Below, one piece after another: positions 1-10,552 of a DNA stretch of 64,000 nucleotides. The notes under the pieces are model-generated. The model saw nothing but the letters and a program-made list of their open reading frames with translations, did no database searches and was not told the origin of the DNA. This DNA comes from Amoebidium appalachense. Its lineage: Eukaryota > Protista > Ichthyosporea. Made by a program: the position numbers and the translations under genes. The stretch lies in the NCBI GenBank assembly GCA_963693365.1, contig CAVNZM010000009.1, forward strand, positions 10,172,243-10,236,242. The letters are read 5' to 3'. Numbering within the stretch: position 1 is the first letter of the stretch; every line of letters begins with the position of its first letter.

Positions 1-2
1 CG

Positions 3-83
<81 letters not shown>

Positions 84-477
84 TGTGTAGGCGTGTGTGT
101 GCGCTTGCCTGCGCGCGTCTGCGTGTGTGTTCCTGTGTTACCCAGGCACCATGTCTGTGTGTGTGTGGTGTGTGTGTGGGTGTGTGGGTGAGCTTGAGAG
201 GGCTGAGGCGGTGGAGGGGTGAGATGTATGCAGGCAGAAGGGTAGTTGGAGTATGGTTGTGGCTACGTGTACGTCTCGACGTGTCTTGCGTGTTCAAACT
301 TGACTGTGTCTGTCTGCGCAATAGTGTCGTGTAGGGATTGGTCTGCTATGAAATTATGCTCGGATCGTGTACGCGTGACCACACATTTCGCAGTGTGTGC
401 TGCGTGTTTATGTTTCTCGCTAGATGCTGACTGAATTCAAGCACATCCACAAGCCATTACCACAAATACAGCAGCCA

Positions 478-747
478 TCACACCTGGTACAGAGAGCGCC
501 TCGAAGCATACGGCTTCTGACAATGTTTGCAAACGAAGCCTTCCCTCTTCAGTTCAGCAAGAGTGCGCCTGCGTTTCCTCTTTTTCTCATGTTCCCCTGT
601 TGCTGACCCCTCGTATGAACCTGGTGTGGACAGATCATCTTCTGGAAAATAAACTTCATCTTCATCAATATTTGAATAGTTATTCATCGCCCCAACCTTC
701 GGTAGATCGTCCGCTGACTCGCTCATCTCCAGTAATGGAAGGGGCAA
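478..747 (-). CDS. Host gene exon with C2H2-like zinc finger (partial, multi-exon)
   Basis: Acidic segment and basic NLS (KKRKRRR), then FVCKHCQKPYASRRSLYQ ending at a GT donor (CAG/GTG); exon limits approximate. Confidence 0.45.
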   Translation of the reverse strand: MPLPLLEMSESADDLPKVGAMNNYSNIDEDEVYFPEDDLSTPGSYEGSATGEHEKKRKRRRTLAELKREGFVCKHCQKPYASRRSLYQV

Positions 748-3035
748 AAAAAAAAGAACGGTTTATGATGCAGCCTGCCAAGAAGCTCCTGATGTACAGG
801 TAGGTAACGTAATGAATAAACACAGTATAATGATATTTAAGTCCTGAATGTGCCCGTTATACATAGACGTAAAGTAACGCGTCAGGTCGACTTTCTAAGT
901 TCAAACATCGTCTCTTTTCCAAAAACAATTACAACTTGTTGCGCTACCCAGGTCACGGCCTCACGCTTTCTTGTTTTGACTGTTAAATCGGATGATTTTT
1001 GATGCGTATCCAGCCAACCAGCAACATTATTACCATAAAAGGAGCAATGTTGACGCATTTTTCTCCAATCAAATGGGTAATCCTTGCGTCATCAGAGCCG
1101 CAACATGTTGCCTGACAGACGGACACAGACCGACTGACAGTTTGTAGCTTGTTGTGGTTGTCATGTTTGCTTGTGATGTTTGCATTATATCACCTACGCC
1201 AACCCTGCAGTACGCAGTTAGGTCAACATGCAAATGTTATTGGAGCGAGACAATGCCATCAACAGGAGGCAACAGGAGGTGCTGCGTGCACAGCTGAAAA
1301 CATTGCGCACGCACCTTACAGAGAGCAGTGATGAGGATGTGGTTGCCCTATTTCGTAACCCCCTGCTGGCCTATGTGAAGATAACGGAGGACATGAGGGT
1401 AGGTGTAAGCGTGGGGATTGGTGATATTGTGTCAATGGGTGGGGACGGGCGAATGTGCGTGTGTGGTTGGAGGTGTTTATAGCTCTCGGGGGGGGGGGGG
1501 GGGGGGAGGGGGGGAGGGGGGGGGGGGGGGGGAGGGAGGGGGGAGGAATTCTAGCAAGAAAGATGGCCATGGCGGCAAGCCTTCGGCAAACAGCAGAAAA
1601 GGAGTCTGTGGAATGAATAAATGGTGATAAGTTAATAAAAGATGGTACAAAAACGCAGTAGAAGGCGAGGTTGGTGCTAATGGTGATGCTCAACCTCTTG
1701 GGGTTATTGGGGCAGTATTTTAGCACAGACAAGCGAGGGTTCTCCTTTCAACTCACCCATGCATTAGACCAAATACAGGAAAGAAAACTTGCACGTCTCT
1801 GACAATTGTTACCCCGCTCTTCCCACAGATTCTCCCAGCCACGCTTGTCCTCACCGCCCTCCACGACAAAGACTGGAGTGTGGATGAGCTCCTGGCCTGT
1901 TCGGGTCTTTTTGAGCAGAATGGATACACACGTGTTCTGCACGTGGCTAGGATGAAAGCCACACACTATGCCGAGTATAAGATGGGGGATGTTTTTCCAG
2001 AAGAACTGGCTGACGTGATCAAGGTAGGTGGGGAGGCTCGGAGGGGACGGGGGGAGGGCGTGGGGGGTGAGGGGGGGGAGAGAGAGGTGTGTGTGTGTGT
2101 GTTTGGGGGGGAGGTGGTGGGGAGCTGGCATCTGAGCGACGAGGAACAAGTGAGTGATACCACTTGGTGGGGTGTGTGTTTGTGTGTGCGTGTGGGGGGG
2201 CGGGCGGGGGGAGGGGAAGGGGGGGGGGGGGGGGGGGGAGGGGGGGGGGAATTTCCGTAACTCACTTTGTTTGTTTCGGTATTGTGTCTGTGTGTGGTTC
2301 AAGGTGATTCCACGGGAGGAAGGAGGGGATGTGTGAACGAAAGATGGTTGTGCAATGGGTCTGGGATGGTGAGCTGGTTTGGATTTTGCCTTTTTGGGGG
2401 TTTCAGTGTCTGTCTGGGACAGTGGAGGGAGGGAGGCGGGGGGGGGGGGGGGGGGGAGAGGGGAGAGTTGAAGTGGAAAAGACCACGTGAAAAAGTTACA
2501 GAAGGAGCTTTGAATAGTGGTAAAGAAGATGTTCTAAAACCGCACATTAGGTTTAAAAGCATTACGGGCTCGTCCTGAAACAACGATTCCTTTGCAGGAC
2601 TGTGCTGAGAACATTGCAGTAGCCTCGAAACGGAAATATTTTCTTGCCGGCCCAAACAGCACAGCGGTGGAGTGTATGTCAGATGAGGATGAGAGCTGTA
2701 GCGATAGCGACGGTAGGTACACACATGCACACACACACACGCGCGTGCGCGCGCGCATGCACGTACACACATACGGACACACAGACACACACACAGATAA
2801 GCCCATGGACGTGTGCTTGCGCGTGTTCCTATAGTTATGGGATGATGCGCAGGTAGGCACACTCTTTCCTCCCCCGTCCCGCACTCCCTCTGTTGCTCTC
2901 TGCTTACACGCACGTCACATATCTGCTCGTTCCTATAGACACACTTGAACACTTTTCCAGGCGCGCACACACATGCACACGGGCACTCACGCATACCCGC
3001 GCCCACACACACAATCATGTGCACATGTCGACACT

Positions 3036-3089
<54 letters not shown>

Positions 3090-4046
3090 GTTTTTATTCA
3101 CTTGCCCCGGTCTTTCACACACACACGCATCACGGGCGCTGGGGGTATGGAGGGGGGGGGGAGGGGGGTAATGTGTACAAAGAGGAATTTTTCATATCTC
3201 TGTTCTGGTTGTGGGGGGGCAGGGACATGTGAGGTGTATGGAGTTGTGGTTCTTCTGCTGAGACTATTTAGTCGGGGGTGGGATGATGGTGAGCGGGGGG
3301 AAGGAGGGGTAGGTGGGCAGGGGAAGAGGAGGGGGGAGGGGGGGGGGGTCACTCTCTGCTTTCCCCCTCCCCCCCCTCCCCCTCCTCCCCTCCCCAGTCA
3401 CTTGTGTCTCTATAGCCCCTCCCCCCCCCCCCCCCCCCCCCCCCCCCTTGAACCCTTTCCCCCTCCCTCCCTCCCTCCCCCCCCCCCCTCTCCCACCCCC
3501 ACCCTACCCCACCACCCACCACACCACCTCACCACCTCACCCCTACTATTCCTCCCCCTCCCAGTACACACACACAAAAACACACTCTGCTACCCTGGTC
3601 GGCGGGGAAGGGGGGTCTGGCATATACCAAATATGGTAGCACAACGATGACTAACTCTTGCTTTTTATTACCTCCCCTCCCCCCCCCCCAACATACACAC
3701 ACACAAACACACACACAAACACACAGGCACAGGCACGTATACGGCTCGGGCGCGGGTTCCTGCTCCAGATTCACCACTCTTTGAGCCCATCGAACCTTCA
3801 CCCCCACCACCCCCTCCGCCAAAACCGAAATGCAGTTTTATCAACTTCAACCCTTTCGCTCCAAAGATCACACCACCACCACAACAACAACCACAATCAC
3901 AACAAAAACCACCACCACCACAAAACACACAACCACAACTACTAAGAACACGAAATCCGCCTATCTTCAACCCGACACCGCGTACAAGGCACCACGTCAC
4001 TCAAGCCAAAACTACCGCACCACCACCGGATGAACCGAGAAGCAAA

Positions 4047-4763
4047 ATGATGAAAGGAATTTTCCAAACGAATTTAACGGAAAATCGACTAGGGGTGGGT
4101 GGGACCCCCGGCACGCAAAGTTCACAAAATACACCAACGGAAACTGTAATAGACGGAAGCCTGAATTCGGTGCAGGAGACACAAGCAAGCCGGGGTACCA
4201 AACGAACGAGACTAAGCGCCATGAGAAACACCCAGCAATCAGATAGGGAGCTTTCATATCACGAAGCATCCGAGAGCGTTTTGAGTGACAATGAACCAAT
4301 TAAAGCAAGAATCGCGCGGGAAAAAGAAAAGATTAACAAAAACGAGATTATGTCGAAAGGGGAGGAGGACGGGGTGAGGGAGGAGGGAGAGTTGGATAGG
4401 TGGGGGACGGGGTTTGCATACACTTGTCACCACTTTGGTTGTGCAAAACGGTTTTCAACGTGTGAGACACTTCGCAACCACGTTTCTACTAAGCACGCAG
4501 ACAAAGATGGAGGGTTGACACCCGGACGTCAGCCCAGGAAAATGGGAAAGTTGAATGGGAGTTCCGGTAAAAGTGACGTCGAAGAACGGATTGAGACGGG
4601 AATGCCGCCCAGTAGAAAGCCCGTGTTTCATACTGCCGCATATTTGAGCTTTAACAGAATTGAAGACGAGGCGGAAAGTAATGTGAAGGGGGTGGGTGAG
4701 AATGACTACTCGGCCATAAATGGAAATGTTGATGACGGTGAGTGGGTGGTTGGCGCGTGTTAA
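4047..4763 (+). CDS. Host C2H2 zinc-finger protein (single finger)
   Basis: 238-aa non-repetitive ORF containing YTCHHFGCAKRFSTCETLRNHVSTKH. Confidence 0.6.
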   Translation: MMKGIFQTNLTENRLGVGGTPGTQSSQNTPTETVIDGSLNSVQETQASRGTKRTRLSAMRNTQQSDRELSYHEASESVLSDNEPIKARIAREKEKINKNEIMSKGEEDGVREEGELDRWGTGFAYTCHHFGCAKRFSTCETLRNHVSTKHADKDGGLTPGRQPRKMGKLNGSSGKSDVEERIETGMPPSRKPVFHTAAYLSFNRIEDEAESNVKGVGENDYSAINGNVDDGEWVVGAC

Positions 4764-4833
4764 TGGATGTGTTAGCTGGTGATTTCGAAAGAGCATATCT
4801 GTATGGGTGGCGGCGAGTGGCGGTGGCGGTGGC

Positions 4834-4910
<77 letters not shown>

Positions 4911-4950
4911 GTTGTACTACGTACTTCAGCGTCGATTCCTGCCCCTTGCT

Positions 4951-4990
<40 letters not shown>

Positions 4991-5198
4991 TTCCAACCAC
5001 CCCACCCCACTCAACCCCAAATTAGCCCAACCCAAACCAACCCAACAACAACAAAAGCAACAAAAAACATAAGGAGATGAGAAGAGAAAAGGAAAGGAAA
5101 GGAAGAAATTTCTTTTCCGGAAAATGAAGTGGTTTTCATGCATACGTTTGCATATGACATCCTGCTCTGCTCAGCTAAGATGGTTCCCACCATGCGAG

Positions 5199-5245
<47 letters not shown>

Positions 5246-5729
5246 TTAACTGCATACTCCATGTATATATTACGTTGCCCGTTGTGATTATGTTGTTTCT
5301 ATATCCTCTCCCCTCCCCCCCCTTCCCTTCCCCCCCCCCCCCCACCGACAAACACACCACCACCGTCACGATCACCCCATACCCTTCAGCTTCCGATGCA
5401 CTTCTACCTTTAATATTTCATCAACAAGTAGTCTATACTTGTGTGCACGTGCGTGTGCACACAAAACAAACAAGATTACCAACACTTTGCCCACACAGAT
5501 GTGGACAGAGAGTCAGTCATCCATGCCGAGTCGGCAAATGAAAACACCGGCAAGTTAACCGGTAGGTGTTTTTGCTAACACACTGCAAATCACCTCTACA
5601 AACCTCTATCCCTGCCCCCCCCCCCCCCCCCCCCCCTCCCCTCCCCTTCCCCCTGGACCGCAGACGGGGCCTCCCTCCCCCTAACGGGAACGCGGGCGCA
5701 TGCGCACACTCGCACTCACACACACACAG

Positions 5730-5760
<31 letters not shown>

Positions 5761-5985
5761 CGCGCGCGCGCGCGCGCGCGGCGTGTTTGGAGCAAAACAG
5801 ATAATATTAGATTTGTGTTGCATGGGCGGGCCGGAGAGGGGGGGGGGGGGGGGAGGAGGGGGGGGATCTGGTTTTCTTGCCTCAGTACCCCCCTGTTTCC
5901 AAAGCCACCCCATTCCCTCAGTGATCACCTCCCTCTGCCCCCCCCCCTCTCCTTCTTCCCCCCTCCCCCTACCCCCCACTTCCGC

Positions 5986-6032
<47 letters not shown>

Positions 6033-6235
6033 CCAGACCGTCAATCCAACCCACACCACAGTTACATGGTGACGGCTTAACCAGAAAACATTCGACAGAT
6101 AGTTGCAGTAAGAGATCAATAGAAACTTTCATTAAGTATTAAATTTCATTTAGCTTTCACAACGCCAATACTTTAAAACAATACCCAAAATGTGTAAAAC
6201 ATCGAACTAATCTTTCCTGACCAACAAACACACAG

Positions 6236-6421
6236 GACCTCCCTTCGTTTGCTCATACGCGAACTGCAGTCTAGCTTTTCCTTCCAAGTGGAAACTGGCA
6301 CGACACGAGCGCACACACACCCAAGAGAAAAATTACGTGTGTCCCCATGAGGACTGCCAATTGCGGTTTCGTGAGAGATACCACCTCACCCATCACCTGA
6401 AATCCCTGCATAAACAGTCAG
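6236..6421 (+). CDS. Host exon encoding two C2H2 zinc fingers
   Basis: Manual translation between an AG acceptor and a GT donor: FVCSYANCSLAFPSKWKLARHERTHTQEKNYVCPHEDCQLRFRERYHLTHHLKSLH; not in the ORF track because it has no start codon. Confidence 0.75.
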
Positions 6422-6940
6422 GTGTGTTTTTACTCTTGAGCCTGCCACACCTAATCCCCCCCCCCCCCCCCCCCTGCGGCGTGGGTCAAATCTCATATTT
6501 TCCCCTCTGATTACGAATTCTGTGGCCTTCGGGACTTAATTCTTTTCAGCTGGTGTAGTATGTTAGCCAGGGAAGTATCGACTTAGGTATCGACGGGGGA
6601 GCTTCCTAGAAGCCCCGTCTCCTGAGTTCCTATCTATATTTTTCTTGCTTCTGCTTACTGCTGCAACTTTAACCCCCGGCCTTTCCCACTGCCCTTGCCT
6701 GCATAAGCAACCCTGCTCGTCTCTGATCAAGACGGGTGACCTACTCATGTTCAAGTGAAACAGTATCTGAGTTGGGTTTCGTTAACGAGGGGAATAGGTC
6801 GAAACTCGGGTACTGTGGATGACGTGGGCCCCCCCTGAGGATGGGCTCTGCTTATTATGCATACTCTTTATGTATGGCTTGCATTCTGCATCGTGTTATC
6901 CGTTTGTTCTTGTGTACTTCGTACTTTTTGACGCATTCAA

Positions 6941-6973
<33 letters not shown>

Positions 6974-7035
6974 CCGGACGTTTTGTTGTTGCTCTTTGTT
7001 GCATCCTCCATATTTCCAACCCTCTAACGCATACA

Positions 7036-7083
<48 letters not shown>

Positions 7084-7290
7084 GTTTTCATGCTCCCCTC
7101 GCACTCTGCATTGTGTTTCTTGTCGTGGATGTGGACTTACATCCGTAACGAATTCTAAGCGGCCCCTTCCCCCCCTCCCCCCCCTCCCGCCACTCTCTTC
7201 CTCCCTTCGCCCAAACCACCCACCCACCGATCCCCCACCGGCCGCCAAAACTTCCTATGGTGACACATATTCTACCTTCCCCCCCTCCCC

Positions 7291-7321
<31 letters not shown>

Positions 7322-7504
7322 AAAAAGAAAAAAAAAAATAAAAAATTAATTAAAAATGAAAATAAACCGTACGTGCACGCACAGCACACACTTCTGAAAC
7401 GTTGTGGTCTAATGGGCACTCCAGTGTCCACCCTCATTTTTGGCATTGCCCACTAAGCATAGTTTTGAGGATATATTCTATTGCAGCCCTCTCCTGACAC
7501 GAAT

Positions 7505-7578
7505 GGCCTTTTAGCTCAGTCGGTTAGAGCGTGGTGCTAATAACGCCAAGGTCACAGGTTCGATCCCTGTAAGGGCCA
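7505..7578 (+). tRNA. tRNA-Ile (anticodon AAT), host
   Basis: Canonical cloverleaf: acceptor stem GGCCTTT/AAGGGCC, anticodon loop CTAATAA, TTCGATC T-loop, followed by a poly-T Pol III terminator. Confidence 0.95.
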
Positions 7579-7964
7579 TCCTTTTTTTCCTCCTTGTTTT
7601 TTTTTTTTTTTTTTTTTGTTTTTTGTTTTTTGTTTTTGTTTTTTTTTGTTTTTGTTTTGTTTTCTTTTGTATGCGCTTGCGTGCGTGCCCGCGTGTGCGG
7701 CAATTCTGGGTCTTGGAAACCAGGGACTTGTGGTTCGTGTTAGGTCAATGACGGGTCAGTATACTTGCCTGCAAGTATTACCTACTCACCTGCAGACCAA
7801 TAACACGCCACGTACCGGTATGCAGATGGGAACCAATCAGATGCCCCGAAAAAGACAAGTGAACGTAGCAGCAGGAGCATTGGTAAGTTTGTGTGGGTGG
7901 GGTGGGCGGGTGGGTGTGTTTGTGTGGGTGGGGTGGGCGGGTGGGTGTGTTTGTGTGGGTGGGT

Positions 7965-8011
<47 letters not shown>

Positions 8012-8559
8012 CTGGTGTGTTGTTATTTGTTCTGCAAAATAAGGAGGGGTGGGATATTGCTTTTTTGAGAAAGAAGACTGTAGGACATGCATCATTGTTG
8101 AGCATCCGTGCTCTTATCCTGGCTGTGTCCGATAGGCCGATTTTGACGTCTTTGCTTCATTACCTACAGGGGCAAACCAATCAGATACCCGGAAGGAGAC
8201 AAGTAAAGGCGACAAGAGCCATGGTAGGTACACATGAAACATGACTGTGTGTGTATGGGAGGGGGAAGGGGGTTGGGGTGGGGGGGGGGGGGACGATGGG
8301 GAGATGGGGGAAGGGGGTTTATTGGTGTGTTGTTTGTCTTACTTTCGTTAAACAAAACTCGACAGCAATACATGTAACGTTCATGGTTTATGACTTTATG
8401 ACACCGGGGGCATTAACCTATTGCGTGCATTGCCCTGAGGGAGCGGCCAATAAATGTGGATTAGTATTGATTACCCTTTCTCCCTCTGGCCTTTGTGCGA
8501 TCAGACACGCAACCCTATTCTTAACGTAGCATTTTTAATAAATATTTCTCCCGTTGCAG

Positions 8560-8933
8560 AGAAGACCCCAAATAAGGACTTCGTGTGTGATTTCGATGGA
8601 TGTGGGCGGAGTTTCCCCAACAACTGGCACCTCAACCGGCATATACTTATGCACACGGGAGAAAAACCCCACCATTGTACGTTTGAAGGGTGCGAGAAAC
8701 TCTTTACAACAAGGTGGCATTTGAATGCACATTTGTTGTCTCACACGGGAGAGAAGCCGTATGTGTGCATGTACAAGGGTTGTGAGGCTAGATTCGCGGA
8801 AAAAGGCCGTCTTAAATGGCATATGAACATGCATGCTGGAAAAAAACCATAGAAGTGTAGGGCAGAGGGGTGTGGTGAGGCTTTCTACGGTGCAAATGAA
8901 GTGTCGTATCATGAGACGAAGGTGCATGGAAAA
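8560..8933 (+). CDS. Host Kruppel-type C2H2 zinc-finger exon (3 fingers, with a 4th after an in-frame TAG)
   Basis: Fingers joined by HTGEKP linkers; TAG at 8850-8852 is followed in frame by KCRAEGCGEAFYGANEVSYHETKVH. Confidence 0.8.
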
Positions 8934-9759
8934 ATCTCTTGCCTAGTGCATTTAGGCAAGTGCTTATTTCAGGCATCCAAATACGATAGCAGATTCGGGT
9001 ACGTATTATATGTATGCATGGGTGTGTAGCAGCCAAGGGTGAGTCGCTGGAGGCAGGGGGGGATTTTCTTTCACCCGGATTGCTTCCGGTGCAAAGGCTG
9101 TAAAACCCCCATGACGGATTAATTAGTGGAAGCCGACGGGGATTTTTCTGTGCCAATTCGATCACCACAAGGTGAAATTTCTCTTCTCCCTTTGCTTGAA
9201 ATTTGGCCTAACCACAATCTTGTGTACATGCATGCAACCGCACCCCCACGCCCTCACGCGCCCCCGCGCCCCCACACACACACATGCACGCCGCGCGCGC
9301 GCACACACACACACACGCGCGCGCGCGCGCGAGCACACACACACGCACGCACACAGTGGCACAGACAACACTCACTCATGCGAATACACGTCAGTCGCTC
9401 ACATATGTAACGCACCCAAGAGTAAGGACAAAAGGGTAGCCCTTGGTGTCGGACTCCTGCTTGTCATTTCGAAAGTTGTTTTACACCCTTTCTGATTAGT
9501 TACACTGTATATGTATGCATTATCGGACCTGGCAGATCTAAAAAAAAAGGCTTTTTGCTCGTAGATATCATACGGTGTGTATATTTCTGGTGAAGCGTTC
9601 TTGTTTTTCTCTTTTCGTTTTTGTCCCGCCCTTTAATATTGGAATAGATAGTGCATACGTAATAAATCAATCAACCAGTGGGCATATGATGGTGCCGCAA
9701 GGTCGATTGCAACTAAAAGCTTGCATGCACACGTGGTTGCATGGATGCTTTGCATATGC

Positions 9760-10225
9760 ACTACAATAGGGGGCGCGGCACATGGTCGACGTGACGTCAT
9801 CAAAGATGACGTCACGTCGACCATTATCCGCGCCCCCTAAGATATGGCATAAGTGGATATGGGATATGGCGATATCTGTGTACACATATCGCGATATGGG
9901 ATATGTGATATGGGTGGATATATGTACAGGAGCACGTGCACACACTGTGTGTGTAAAACACGTGCAGAGCACGTGGTTTTAATTAAAGAATTAAACAATT
10001 AAAGAGAGAGAGGGCGGAACACGTGTACGCGTACGTGTACGCGTACATGTGGTGCGTACATGTACACAAGTGCGGATCAAAGGAATGCGAAGGTTTGCGC
10101 AAGGCGTCCAATGGGAATTCGAATTCTGAATTCCATGTACAAGGCGTCCAATGGTATTACGGATGCGCAGGGCGGCCAATGATAATTCGGCTCAAAAAAG
10201 CAAATTGCCGCCCAAGGCGTCCAAT
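9760..10225 (+). repeat. Left terminal inverted repeat with terminal hairpin
   Basis: Reverse complement of 55460-55925 apart from the 3-nt hairpin loop and one substitution near 10212. Confidence 0.95.
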
Positions 10226-10310
10226 GAGCATTAAGGACAGCACATTCCATCCCCAAGGCGTCCAATGAGCGCCCGGATCGGTCTATCTGGGTCTCTTATT
10301 GGACGCCTTA
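10098..10310 (+). promoter_or_regulatory. CCAAT-box cluster (AAGGCGTCCAAT repeats) upstream of pPolB
   Basis: AAGGCGTCCAAT at ~10101, 10141, 10214 and 10255, plus an inverted copy at ~10298; mirrored in the right TIR upstream of the 54321-55241 gene. Confidence 0.55.
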
Positions 10311-10552
10311 GGTACACAGGCGGCCGCCGCGACCACACACACACACACACACAAACAAACACGTACCGACGTTGTTTTTTGCAAGATGTTTGCTTTGGAG
10401 ATTTATTGCACAGGCACAGGCTTGTTATTTTGCATACTGTTCTTTATTGAGGCGTTGCCCTGGCACAGCCAGGATTAGCCTAGTAATTATTAAGTAGATT
10501 GATACTTGAGATTTATAAGATTACAGCCTGAGATCTAAGGTTACATTTCAAG

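Noticed and set aside
6715-6765. Possible hammerhead ribozyme (CTGATCA...GAAAC)
   Set aside because: Core is not CTGANGA and stems I-III could not be formed convincingly
1-9500. Many ORFs of poly-CV, poly-HT, poly-P or poly-G
   Set aside because: Translations of microsatellites and homopolymers; the same applies to 42281-44852 and 56253-56812
9754-9760. Canonical 6-bp Polinton TSD
   Set aside because: Only TATGC (5 bp) is duplicated once the TIR ends are aligned
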